This document shows, piece by piece, positions 45,097 to 59,136 of a stretch of 64,000 nucleotides of DNA (positions are counted from its first letter, which is position 1; every line of letters begins with the position of its first letter). The stretch is taken from assembly GCA_964016885.1 (NCBI GenBank), contig OZ024740.1, forward strand, positions 215,636,001 to 215,700,000, given 5' to 3'. Position numbers and translations under genes: made by a program. The notes under the pieces were generated by a model that was not told where the DNA came from, searched no databases, and saw only the letters and a list, made by a program, of their open reading frames with translations. Source of the stretch: Eledone cirrhosa (lineage: Eukaryota).

Positions 45097-46790
45097 TGGT
45101 GGTGGTGGTGGTGGTGGTAACTTACTGCCACAGTGCAATGTCTATAGAGTTGATGATGATGTTAGTGGTGGTAAATATGAGGGTGGGGATGATGGTGGTG
45201 GTGGTGTTAGTGGTGATGATGGTGGTGGTGTTAGTGATGATGATGGTGGTCGTGGTGCTAGTGTTGAGGGTGGTGGTGGTGTTGGTGATGTGGTGGTGTT
45301 AGTGATGATGATGGTGGTGGTAGTACTAGTGATGATGGTGGTGGTGGTACTAGTGATGATGATGGTCGTGGTGGTACTAGTGATGATGATGGTGGTGGTG
45401 CTAGTGATGATGATGATGATGGTGGCATTGGTACTAGTGATGATGGTGGTGGTGTTGGTACTAGTGATGATCGTGGTGATGGTGATGGTGTTGGTACTAG
45501 TGATGATCGTGGTGATGGTGGTGGTGGTGGTGGTGGTACTAGTGATGATCGTGGTGGTGGTGGTGGTAGTGGTGGTGTTGGTACTAGTGATGATCGTGGT
45601 GGTGGTGGTGTTGGTACTAGTGATGATCGTGGTGATGGTGGTGGTGGTGTTGGTGTTGGTACTAGTGATGATCGTGGTGGTGGTGGTGGTGGTGGTGGTG
45701 TTGGTACTAGTGATGATCGTGGTGGTGGTGGTGGTGGTGTTGGTACTAGTGATGATCGTGGTGATGGTGGTGGTGGTGGTGGTGTTGGTACTAGTGATGA
45801 TCGTGGTGGTGGTGGTGGTGGTGGTGGTGGTGGTACTAGTGATGATCGTGGTGGTGGTGGTGGTGTTGGTGGTGGTGGTGGTGGTGGTGGTGTTGGTACT
45901 AGTGATGATCGTGGTGATGGTGGTGGTGGTGGTACTAGTGATGATCGTGGTGATGGTGGTGGTGGTGGTGGTGTTGGTACTAGTGATGATCGTGGTGGTG
46001 GTGGTGGTGGTGGTGGTGGTACTAGTGATGATCGTGGTGGTGGTGGTGGTACTAGTGATGATCGTGGTGATGGTGGTGGTGGTGGTGGTGTTGGTACTAG
46101 TGATGATCGTGGTGGTGGTGGTGGTGGTGGTGGTGGTACTAGTGATGATCGTGGTGGTGGTGGTGGTGGTACTAGTGATGATCGTGGTGGTGGTGGTGGT
46201 GGTGGTGGTGGTACTAGTGATGATCGTGGTGGTGGTGGTGGTGGTGGTGGTGGTGGTGGTGGTACTAGTGATGATCGTGGTGGTGGTGGTGGTGGTGGTG
46301 GTGGTGTTGGTGGTGGTGGTGGTGGTGGTGGTGTTGGTACTAGTGATGATCGTGGTGATGGTGGTGGTGGTGGTGGTGTTGGTACTAGTGATGATCGTGG
46401 TGATGGTGGTGGTGGTGGTGGTGTTGGTACTAGTGATGATCGTGGTGGTGGTGGTGGTGGTGGTGGTGGTACTAGTGATGATCGTGGTGGTGGTGGTGGT
46501 GGTGGTACTAGTGATGATGGTGGTGGTGGTGGTGGTGGTGGTGTTGGTACTAGTGATGATCGTGGTGGTGGTGGTGGTGGTGTTGGTACTAGTGATGATC
46601 GTGGTGGTGGTGGTGGTGGTGGTGGTGGTGGTGGTACTAGTGATGATCGTGGTGATGGTGGTGGTGTTGGTACTAGTGATGATCGTGGTGATGGTGGTGG
46701 TGTTGGTACTAGTGATGATCGTGGTGGTGGTGGTGGTAGTGATGGTGGTGGTGGTGGTAGTGGTAGTGGTACTAGTGATGATGATGATGT
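45097..46790. repeat. Compound trinucleotide minisatellite (GGT)n-[GTTG]GTACTAGTGATGATCGT
   Basis: Direct reading. A recurring GTACTAGTGATGATC core is separated by variable (GGT)n. Confidence 0.95.
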
Positions 46791-46859
46791 ATAAGTGCCT
46801 GGAGATATTGGATTTGACATTAGATGAAGTTAACAAGTAAACAGAAATACCTTCAACAG

Positions 46860-47185
46860 CCACCTCCCTCACCACCACCACCAACAACAACTATAGTAGC
46901 AACACCAAAAACACTAACACCAACAATGCCATCAACAACCTGAACACCACCACCACCACCAATACCACCACCACCACCACCACCACCACACCACCACCAA
47001 CATCACACCAGTGACAACACCACACCGCTATTAACATCCCACCACCATCACCAACAACACCACACCACCACCATCCCACTAACAAGACGCCACCACACCA
47101 CCACACTAACAACACCACACCATACCCCCCCCCCCCCCACCCCTCACCCCACCCCACACCCCATCCCCACCCCACACCACCCCTC
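46860..47185. repeat. Degenerate (ACC/AAC)n C-rich low-complexity tract
   Basis: Direct reading. Polarity is opposite to the preceding (GGT)n array. Confidence 0.85.
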
Positions 47186-47351
47186 TGCCACTATTAAACA
47201 GTTGTTCTTTCCTCCAAATTCTAATTAACAACATTTCAACAGCCAAAAATCTTCCCCTCCTCATTTCTTCTCCTTTACATATTTACACATACACATGCAC
47301 ACACACACACACACACACAGATAGATACATACACACTTATCCCCCCCCCCA

Positions 47352-47404
47352 CATATATATATACATATATATATATTTATGTATATATATATGTATGTAT
47401 ATAT

Positions 47405-47439
<35 letters not shown>

Positions 47440-47469
47440 TATATATATATATGGTATATATATATATAT

Positions 47470-47502
<33 letters not shown>

Positions 47503-47544
47503 TATATATATATATATATATGGTATATATATATATATATATGG

Positions 47545-47595
<51 letters not shown>

Positions 47596-47744
47596 TATAT
47601 ATATATATATATATGTATGTATATATATATGTATATATATATATGGTATATATATATATATATATGTATGTATATATATATGTATATATATATATGGTAT
47701 ATATATATATATATATGTATGTATATATATATGTATGTATATAT

Positions 47745-47809
<65 letters not shown>

Positions 47810-48213
47810 TATATATATATATATGGTATATATATGTATATATATGGTATATATATGTATATATATATGGTATATGGTATATATATATGGTATATATATA
47901 TATATATGATATATATATATGGTATATATATATATATATATATATGGTATATATATATATGGTATATATATATATATATATATGGTATATATATATGGTA
48001 AATATATATATATATATATATATATGGTATATATATATATATATGGTATATATATATGGTAAATATATATATATATATATATATATGGTATATATATATA
48101 TATATATGGTAAATATATATATGGTAAATATATATATATATGGTATATATATATATATATGGTATATATATATATATATGGTATATATATATATATGGTA
48201 TATATATATATAT

Positions 48214-48246
<33 letters not shown>

Positions 48247-48480
48247 TATGTATATATATATATATGGTATATATATATACATATATATGGTATATATATA
48301 TGTATATATATATGGTATGTATATATATATATATGGTATGTATATATATATATATGGTATATATATATATATATAAATGGTATATATATATATGGTATAT
48401 ATATATATATATATATATATATGGTATATATATATGTATATATATATATATATGTATATATATGTATATATATATATGTA
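47352..48480. repeat. (TA)n microsatellite interrupted by TGGTA
   Basis: Direct reading. Confidence 0.95.
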
Positions 48481-48559
48481 CTTGGAATCAAACAATACAA
48501 TCACACATGAATAACAGACACACTCTCCGCACACTTGCACTCACATGACCACACTATCA

Positions 48560-48604
48560 AACAAATACACATGTATGTATATACATTTATATGTGTGTGA
48601 TTGT

Positions 48605-48644
<40 letters not shown>

Positions 48645-48837
48645 GTGTGTATGGGTGTTTATGAATGTTTACGTGAATTTATATCTTTATAATCATCATT
48701 TAACATCCTAGTTATATGTGTATATACATACATATATATATAAATATATGTATATATGTGTATGTATATATAAATGTGTGTGTGTATATATATATGTATA
48801 TATGTTTGTATGTATATATAAATGTGTGTGTACATAT

Positions 48838-48919
<82 letters not shown>

Positions 48920-49131
48920 ATATATGTATTTGTGCGTGTATATATATATGCATATATATATATGTATATATACATATATGTAGATATATATATATACATA
49001 TATGTATATATATTAAAATATATATATATATATATACACACACGTGTGTGTGGTGTGTGTGTCCTATGGAAGCATGGAAAAGAGACGTTAAATGGTGATG
49101 ATGCTTATTATATATATATATATATATATAT

Positions 49132-49178
<47 letters not shown>

Positions 49179-49605
49179 TATATATATTCATCAGTGATAT
49201 TTGAAGACATAAATGTATATATATATTTCTCCTCAGTGGCAGGCTGCTGCTGATGCCTGCGTCCCTAATTCAATTCAAAAGGTGAATGTCCAAAATAGAT
49301 GACCTATTGCTTGGAACAGATCAATGGACTATACTGGCTAAGAATAAACACTTCTAAATATTTTAGCAACCACACACACACACACACACACACATACACA
49401 CACTGATACTTATACACAGCCATTTGCACACACGCACACACACAGTCTTACGCATATACGGATAGATACTTAGATATATAGATATTTGCACTCCATCGTA
49501 TGCATATACACACACACACACACACACACACATAAATACGTATACACATAGACATTTGCACACCACACATATATACACTAACTTACACATAGACAGATAG
49601 ATACT

Positions 49606-49668
<63 letters not shown>

Positions 49669-49669
49669 G

Positions 49670-49751
<82 letters not shown>

Positions 49752-50310
49752 AGAGAGAAAGATACCATACATATACACAGACACACAGATAAATAGATAC
49801 TTATACATATAGACATTTGCACACGATACATATATATACACAGACACACACACAGATAGATACTTATACATATAGACATTTGCACACGATACATATATAC
49901 ACAGACACACTCATAGACTTACATATACACAGAAAACGATCGACACACACATATTTTTTGAAATACACACATTCAAACACAAACATTTACATATATATAC
50001 ACACAGACAGACACACTAACGTACTTTAATATTTATATACACTTACACATACATACACACACACACACAGTCATTTAGACACACATAAACACACACATCT
50101 ACTAACATACACAAAAATACACATTTATACATATGCATCCTTGCACACTCTTGAAAATATGTATGCATAGATACATACACACATACACACAAAAACTACA
50201 TATATACAAACATATGTGTATATATATATAGAGAGAGAGATACATAAATATACATTCACACATATTAATCTCATTGATTAACAGACATTCTGTATATATA
50301 TATATATATA

Positions 50311-50357
<47 letters not shown>

Positions 50358-50504
50358 GTGTGTATATATATATATATATATATAATGTGTGTATATATAT
50401 ATGTATAATGTGTCTTCACTCCTATGACTTTTTCTGTTTTCAACGGAAACTTCAATACCTATATATATACCGAGAGAGACGTAGATTTACATGTATGTGT
50501 GAAT

Positions 50505-50535
<31 letters not shown>

Positions 50536-50543
50536 AATCTATA

Positions 50544-50599
<56 letters not shown>

Positions 50600-50656
50600 A
50601 ATCTATATGTCTATATATATAAATATATATACATACATGTAACTCTATGTATGTAA

Positions 50657-50702
<46 letters not shown>

Positions 50703-50713
50703 GTTAATCTATA

Positions 50714-50761
<48 letters not shown>

Positions 50762-51178
50762 AATCTATATGTCTATATATATATATATACATACATGTAA
50801 ATCTATATGTCTATATATACATGTAAATCTATATGTCTGTCTCTATATATATATGTATATATAGACATATAGATTTACATGTATGTATATATATTTATAT
50901 ATAGATATAATGTATATATAGACATATAGATTTACATGTATGTATATATATAGAGAGAGGGACATATAGATTTACATGTATGTGTGCATGTGTATACATA
51001 CGTGTCAGTGTGTAACTTTATCTGAGATAGTGTCAGCATATGTATTATGTTACACATTTAGATACACATAAATATAAGTATATATATATATATACATGTG
51101 TTTATGCATACATATGTGTGAGTGTGGGTGTATGTATACATGTATATATATTGAATATATATATATATATATATAATA

Positions 51179-51225
<47 letters not shown>

Positions 51226-51370
51226 GTATACACGTATACATACATATATATGTATATATACACACAGAGCTATAGACTTTTAGCTAAACATCAGTATATA
51301 AAATGTCACAAATACTTACATACAGACACATACACACACTCTCTCTCTCACACACACACACATACACACT
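48560..51370. repeat. Mixed (TA)n/(CA)n/(TG)n low-complexity region, including ACATGTAAATCTATATGTCT repeats in both orientations (50482-50980)
   Basis: Direct reading. Confidence 0.85.
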
Positions 51371-51479
51371 CATTAGAAAACTCCTCTTTCACTGAGACCA
51401 AGAAATTGGCCAGAGCAAGTAAGTTCCAATATAGAAACTGTTGCTACCCAAGATAGATGTACTTATTGTGGCTATTAAT

Positions 51480-52755
51480 GAGTGACCAGTGGTCAGTGTG
51501 GTGTTGGTGGTACAGTGTCTGGTTATTGACAGTGACCAGTGGTCAGTGTGGTGGTACAGTGTCTGGTTATTGACAGTGACCAGTGGTCAGTGTGGTGGTA
51601 CAGTGTCTGGTTATTGACAGTGACCAGTGGTCAGTGTGGTGTGGTGGTACAGTGTCTGGTTATTGACAGTGACCAGTGGTCAGTGTGGTGTGGTGGTACA
51701 GTGTCTGGTTATTGACAGTGAACACTGGTCAGTGTGGTGGTAGTGTCTGGTTATTGACAGTGACCAGTGGTCAGTGTGGTGTGGTGGTACAGTGTCTGGT
51801 TATTGACAGTGACCAGTGGTCAGTGTGGTGTGGTGGTACAGTGTCTGGTTATTGACAGTGACCAGTGGTCAGTGTGGTGTTGGTGGTACAGTGTCTGGTT
51901 ATTGACAGTGACCAGTGGTCAGTGTGGTGTTGGTGGTACAGTGTCTGGTTATTGCCAGTGGTCAGTGTGGTGTTGGTGGTACAGTGTCTGGTTATTGACA
52001 GTGACCAGTGGTCAGTGTGGTGTTGGTGGTACAGTGTCTGGTTATTGAGTGACCAGTGGTCAGTGTGTTGATGGTACAGTGACCAGTGGTCAGTGTCTGG
52101 TTATTGAGAGTGACCAGTGGTCAGTGTGGTGTTGGTACAGTGTCTGGTTATTGAGAGTGGTCAGTGTGGTGTTGGTGGTACAGTGTCTGGTTATTGAGAG
52201 TGACCAGTGGTCAGTGTGGTGTTGGTACAGTGTCTGGTTATTGAGAGTGACCAGTGGTCAGTGTGGTGTTGGTGGTACAGTGTCTGGTTATTGAGAGTGA
52301 CCAGTGGTCAGTGTGGTGTTGGTGGTACAGTGTCTGGTTATTGAGAGTGACCAGTGGTCAGTGTGGTGTTGGTTCAATGTATGGTTATTGAGTGACCAGT
52401 GGTCAGTGTGGTGTTGGTACAGTGTCTGGTTATTGAGAGTGGTCAGTGTGGTGTTGGTGGTACAGTGTCTGGTTATTGAGAGTGACCAATGGTCAGTGTG
52501 GTGTTGGTGGTACAGTGTCTGGTTATTGAGTGTGGTGTTGGTGGTACAGTGTCTGGTTATTGACTGACCAGTGGTCAGTGTGGTGTTGGTGGTACAGTCT
52601 GGTTATTGACAGTGGTCAGTGTGGTGTTGGTGGTACAGTTGTCTGGTTATTGAGTGGTCTGTGTGGTGTTGGTACAGTGTCTGGTTATTGCCAGTGGTCA
52701 GTGTGGTGTTGGTGGTACAGTGTCTGGTTATTGACAGTGACCAGTGGTCAGTGTG
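51480..52755. repeat. 44-50-bp minisatellite (GACAGTGACCAGTGGTCAGTGTGGTGTTGGTGGTACAGTGTCTGGTTATT)
   Basis: Tandem periodicity, roughly 27 units, with internal palindrome TGACCA-G-TGGTCA. Confidence 0.95.
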
Positions 52756-53230
52756 AACATTGAATGAAATCAGTGGTCAGTGTGAACATTGAATGAAATC
52801 AGTGGTCAGTGTGAACATTGAATGGAATCAGTGGTCAGTGTGAACATTGAATGAAACCAGTAGTCAGTGTGAACATTGAATGAAATCAGTGGTCAGTGTG
52901 AACATTGAATGAAATCAGTGGTCAGTGAATGAAACCAGTAGTCAGTGTGAACATTGAATGAAATCAGTGGTCAGTGTGAACATTGAATGAAACCAGTGGT
53001 CAGTATGAATGAAATCAGTGGTCAGTGTGAACATTGAATGAAAGCAGTGGTCAGTGAATGAAATCAGTGGTCAGTGTGAACATTGAATGAAAGCAGTGGT
53101 CAGTGTGAACATTGAATGAAACCAGTGGTCAGTGTGAAGGAAAGCAGTGGTCAGTGTGAACATTGAATGAAAGCAGTGGTCAGTGTGAACATTGAATGAA
53201 AGCAGTGGTCAGTGTGAACACTGAAGGAAA
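52742..53230. repeat. 29-bp minisatellite (CAGTGGTCAGTGTGAACATTGAATGAAA[T/C/G])
   Basis: Tandem periodicity. It shares CAGTGGTCAGTGTG with the adjacent array. Confidence 0.95.
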
Positions 53231-53679
53231 TGTAGAGATGTGATGTTTACAATTTAACATAGCAATGGTGTTTAGATTTAAACGTATTTCAGCATGGGAG
53301 TGGCTTAGATTTTAATATAGCAATGGTGTTTAGATTTATACCCACTTTATAAAGTGTTCTGGGTACATTTTAAATATTTCTGTATACATATTAGGGTGTT
53401 CTATTTTGTAAACTATTCACTAATCATCTCATTTTGATTACATTCATGTTCCTGTTGATGAATTAACGATGTATACTGAATTATAGGTCAACTGAGTAAT
53501 AGTTAGAGGTTGTACACTTTCACATCTTTTTATTTCTGATATGGTATATTGTCACTTTACTGAATCCAGTGAGGAAACCAGAGAGTGAGGTAACAATAAG
53601 CAGGAGGAATATGTTCTAAATACATAATAATGGAGTTAAAGAGGGAAATACTTTTTAATGAATGAAATTTATAACCAGA

Positions 53680-56600
53680 AATGACTTTTTGTAGATCTCT
53701 TGACTTACATGGTGTTAGTTTAAGTTGTTGTTTAAACAGAACTATCTTGGTCATATATATGGCCTTAGTCACAACTATCCTGGTCACATATATGACCTTC
53801 GTCACAACTATCTTGGTCACATATATGGCCTTCGTCACAACTATCTTGGTCACATATATGGCCTTAGTCACAACTATCTTGGTCATATATATGGCCTTAG
53901 TCACAACTATCCTGGTCACATATATGGCCTTAGTCACAACTATCTTGGTCATATATATGGCCTTAGTCACAACTATCTTGGTCACATATGACCTTAGTCA
54001 CAACTATCTTGGTCATATATATGGCCTTAGTCACAACTATCTTGGTCATATATATGGCCTTCGTCACAACTATCTTGGTCATATATATGGCCTTCGTCAC
54101 AACTATCTTGGTCATATATATGGCCTTCGTCACAACTATCTTGCTCATATATATGGCCTTCGTCACAACAATCTTGGTCATATATATGGCCTTAGTCACA
54201 ACTATCTTGGTCACATATGACCTTCGTCACAACTATCTTGGTCATATATATGGCCTTAATAACAACTATCTTGGTCATATATATGATCTTCGTCACAACT
54301 ATCTTGGTCATATATATGGCCTTCGTCACAACTATCTTGCTCATATATATGGCCTTCGTCACAACTATCTTGGTCATATATATGGCCTTAGTCACAACTA
54401 TCTTGGTCACATATGACCTTCGTCACAACTATCTTGGTCATATATATGGCCTTAATAACAACTATCTTGGTCATATATATGGCCTTCGTCACAACTATCT
54501 TGCTCATATATATGGCCTTCGTCACAACTATCTTGGTCATATATATGGCCTTAGTCACAACTATCTTGGTCACATATGATCTTCGTCACAACTATCTTGG
54601 TCACATATATGACCTTAGTCACAACTATCTTGGTCATATATATGATCTTCGTCACAACTATCTTGGTCATATATATGGCCTTCGTCACAACTATCTTGGT
54701 CACATATGACCTTCGTCACAACTATCTTGGTCATATATATGGCCTTAGTCACAACTATCTTGGTCACATATATGACCTTAGTCACAACTATCTTGGTCAT
54801 ATATATGGCCTTAGTCACAACTATCTTGGTCACATATATGACCTTAGTCACAACTATCTTGGTCACATATATGACCTTAGTCACAACTATCTTGGTCATA
54901 TATATGGCCTTAGTCACAACTATCTTGGTCATATATATGGCCTTAGTCACAACTATCTTGGTCATATATATGGCCTTAGTCACAACTATCTTGGTCATAT
55001 ACATGGCCTTAGTCACAACTATTTTGGTCATATATATGGCCTTAGTCACAACTATCTTGGTCACATATATGATCTTAGTCACAACTATCTTGGTCACATA
55101 TGACCTTAGTCACAACTATCTTGGTCATATATATGGCCTTAGTCACAACTATCTTGGTCACATATATGACAGTCACAACTATCTTGGTCACATATATGAC
55201 CTTAGTCACAACTATCTTGGTCATATATATGGCCTTAGTCACAACTATCTTTGTCATATATATGGCCTTAGTCACAACTATCTTGGTCATATACATGGCC
55301 TTAGTCACAACTATTTTGGTCATATATATGGCCTTAGTCACAACTATCTTGGTCATATATATGGCCTTAGTCACAACTATTTTGGTCATATATATGGCCT
55401 TAGTCACAACTATCTTGGTCATATATATGATCTTAGTCGCAACTATCTTGGTCACATATATGACCTTAGTCACAACTATCTTGGTCATATATATGGCCTT
55501 AGTCACAACTATCTTAGTCATATATATGGCCTTAGTCACAACTATCTTGGTCATATATATGGCCTTAGTCACAACTATCTTGGTCATATATATGGCCTTA
55601 GTCACAACTATCTTGGTCATATATATGGCCTTAGTCACAACTATCTTGGTCATATATATGGCCTTAGTCACAACTATCTTGGTCATATATATGGCCTTCG
55701 TCACAACTATCTTGGTCACATATATGATCTTAGTCACAACTATCTTGGTCACATATGACCTTAGTCACAACTATCTTGGTCATATATATGGCCTTAGTCA
55801 CAACTATCTTGGTCATATATATGGCCTTAGTCACAACTATTTTGGTCATATATATGGCCTTAGTCACAACTATCTTGGTCATATATATGGCCTTAGTCAC
55901 AACTATCTTGGTCATATATATGGCCTTCGTCACAACTATCTTGGTCACATATATGATCTTAGTCACAACTATCTAGGTCACATATGACCTTAGTCACAAC
56001 TATCTTGGTCATATATATGGCCTTAGTCACAACTATCTTGGTCACATATATGGCCTTAGTCACAACTATCTTGGTCATATATATATGGCCTTAGTCACAA
56101 CTATCTTGCTCACATATATGACCTTAGTCACAACTATCTTGGTCATATATATGGCCTTAGTCACAACTATCTTGGTCATATATATGGCCTTAGTCACAAC
56201 TATCTTGGTCATATATATGACCTTCGTCACAACTATCTTGGTCATATATATGGCCTTAGTCACAACTATCTTGGTCACATATATGACCTTAGTCACAACT
56301 ATCTTGGTCACATATATGACCTTAGTCACAACTATCTTGGTCATATATATGGCCTTAGTCACAACTATCTTGGTCATATATATGGCCTTAGTCACAACTA
56401 TTTTGGTCATATATATGGCCTTAGTCACAACTATTTTGGTCATATATATGGCCTTAGTCACAACTATTTTGGTCATATATATGGCCTTAGTCGCAACTAT
56501 CTTGGTCATATATATGATCTTAGTCGCAACTATCTTGGTCACATATATGATCTTAGTCACAACTATCTTTGTCACATATATGGCCTTAGTCACAACTATC

Positions 56601-58020
56601 TTGGTCATATATATGGCCTTAGTCACAACTATCTTGCTCACATATATGACCTTAGTCACAACTATCTTGGTCATATATATGGCCTTAGTCACAACTATCT
56701 TAGTCATATATATGGCCTTAGTCACAACTATCTTGGTCATATATATGGCCTTAGTCACAACTATGTTGGTCATATATATGACCTTAGTCACAACTATCTT
56801 GGTCATATATATGGCCTTAGTCACAACTATCTTGGTCACATATGACCTTAGTCACAACTATCTTTGTCATATATATGACCTTAGTCACAACTATCTTGGT
56901 CATATATATGGCCTTAGTCACAACTATCTTGCTCACATATATGACCTTAGTCACAACTATCTTGGTCATATATATGGCCTTAGTCACAACTATCTTGGTC
57001 ACATATATGGCCTTAATAACAACTATCTTGGTCACATATATGACCTTAGCCAGCCAATGAGCTTGTGGTAAGCTTCTGGGACCAAGAAGTAGAACTGGGG
57101 AGATAGCTAACCATCAAGAGAGAGAAGGGAGAACTTTCTGAACTCGACTTAGTCATCTCGGGATGATCTCCAGAAAGCAGTACAGTCAGTAGATATTGAA
57201 TCATCTCCTCCTCCTGTTGCATGTAAAAATCTTCCATTAGCTCATCATCAGCCAGGATAGTTTGATAATAAGACATCTCTATGGAGTCCCTACATTCCTA
57301 GAACTTTTTGAATATTGGGATGTTGCTGGTTCTTGTTCGATAAACAGTTGAGACACATCATGACCTTGATGCTCTGTAATTGTGATGTAAGAAGTACTTA
57401 CACCAATAGTTTCTCCCCATTCCCATGTGACAAGAGTAGTGTTGAGAGTTGGCTTTATTTGTAGTGATTTTCAAGGCAGTGCTGACTTGAAAATTTCATC
57501 ATCATTAATGGCTGAGTTGGAGGACAAACTTTCAAGAGCTACTTTCTCAGACATCTTAATGTCATCTTGATTTTTCTCTCTTACTTTCATATCGTGACTC
57601 TCCTTTTCCTTCTTCTCACATGTTCTACATCAACCCCAGCCATGAATAAAGACATCCGATCTTGTGTCTCAAAGAAATCTTTGTCTTCAAATGGGACATC
57701 TTTTCCTTTGGGAACGTCCTGGCTTGCAATGTCAAAAATTTCCTCAAGATCACCTTTTCCAAATTTCATACTTTGCAGTTGCTTTGTGAGTCATCCTTGA
57801 TTTTTCTTTGTTCACTCCTTGCTACTACTTGTACAATTTCACAATTGAAGTGCAGATGTTTTTCCATTTTGGTAGGGATATTTGCTTTTCTTCTGCTGGT
57901 TTTTATGGCAACTGAAGTTGTCTCTCTGAGTTCAACGTGATGGTATAGAAAACACAAGAGCATTTGATGCTTGGAGGGGAGTTGATGTAACTCCTCCTCT
58001 GGCTTTTTCTCAAACAACCA
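53680..58020 (-). pseudogene. hATm-type transposase pseudogene (stops, frameshifts, internal deletions, split by a minisatellite)
   Basis: Collinear motifs on the minus strand: LPSKHQMLLCFLYHH, RKANIPTK, DLEEIFDIAS, EDKDFF, FMAGVD, IPIFKKF, HP/RDD*VEF..FSLL, PEAYH/AHWLAKVIY-[array]-KIVLFKQQLKLT..RDLQKV. Confidence 0.8.
53741..57049. repeat. 33-bp minisatellite (~100 copies; TGGCCTTAGTCACAACTATCTTGGTCATATATA) derived from transposase codons
   Basis: The minus-strand unit reads TKAIYMTKIVV. Both array ends join in frame to transposase sequence (WLAKVIY... and ...KIVLFKQQ). Confidence 0.97.
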
Positions 58021-58971
58021 AGATGAAAAGCAAAATCAATTAATCAATTCTATTTTAATGGGCTTTGAGTTCTTAGATTTCTGGAACCCACCATTCACGT
58101 AATGAAAAGTAAAAGACAAGAAAATTATTTCACAATGGATGGAACTTGAAGAAAACAAGAATGTTTACCACTCACCAACAAAACCAGCACTGAACCAACA
58201 ATACAATGAACCTAAGAACCAACAATGAACCTTACATTAGAACCTTATTGTTAACTCATTACCTTGTTGTATTATCAAAGCCCCACCTCATCAACGTGAT
58301 ACCAAATTCTTCTTTGTATTAACAATGAAAACAAATCACTGATGTAAAACTATTTCTACAGACTTAGTTTAAGTTTATGTTTCATTTTTTTTTTTGTTCA
58401 TTCAAGACCCTACAAATGATAGAAACGTCTCCTGCATGTACACAGTTGAAAATGGACAAAAAATGCAATATGGCTACAATCAATAAGTGTTGAATTAAAA
58501 TTCTTTTCATTTTTTTTAGCATAGCATTCAAAAAGCACCAAACAGTACAGCTTCTAAATATATCCATATATCCTCGTATTTTCGTCTGTGTAGCTTTTAT
58601 GTAAAATGGATTCAGGGCGCAATCGACATGAGGTGATTTCAACTAAAAACAAATGTTCCCCTATAAATATGAAACACCCTAAGAATATATATATATGCGA
58701 GTGTGCGTATGTATATATATATATATATATATATATAATCATCATCATTTAATGTCCGTTTTCTCCACTACCAAATATACACACATATATATTCATACAT
58801 CCCTCTCTCTCCCATATATATATATATATATATATATTTGTATATATATATATATACAGAGAGAGAGAGAGAGAGAGTTGCTTAGTGTGTACATGAATGT
58901 GTGTGGTGATATATTTTCCCTTTTTTATATTTGCTTTATTATATATTTCATATAAAAGTCACATCCTTGTA

Positions 58972-59007
<36 letters not shown>

Positions 59008-59136
59008 CTTTGACTAGAGTTATCCAAACCTCATTTATCATAACACCACCAACATCATCTATTATCTTTACCTTACTCTCTCCTCCACCTACTCCTCATC
59101 ATCATCATCATAGTTCTGTCTTGTAATTTTTGGGGC

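Larger units (their letters stand above)
53391..58682 (-). mobile_element. Decayed hATm-like (hAT superfamily) DNA transposon
   Basis: Terminal inverted repeats TTAGGGTGTT (53391) and AACACCCTAA (58673-58682) enclose a broken transposase on the minus strand. No clean 8-bp TSD. The family assignment comes from recalled motifs. Confidence 0.75.

Noticed and set aside
45074-46890. Val-, Thr- or Pro-rich ORFs (mucin/extensin-like)
   Set aside because: Open in multiple frames on both strands with single-codon usage, which indicates a trinucleotide repeat artefact.
53391-53398. TTAGGG as telomeric repeat
   Set aside because: It is a single hexamer forming the transposon TIR (mirrored at 58677-58682), not an array.
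53557-57071. Repeat-protein ORFs (HNYLGHIYGLS, MALVTTILVIY, MTKIVVTKAIY)
   Set aside because: Frames are repeatedly broken by 31-bp units and the host transposase is pseudogenised, so this is not a functional CDS.
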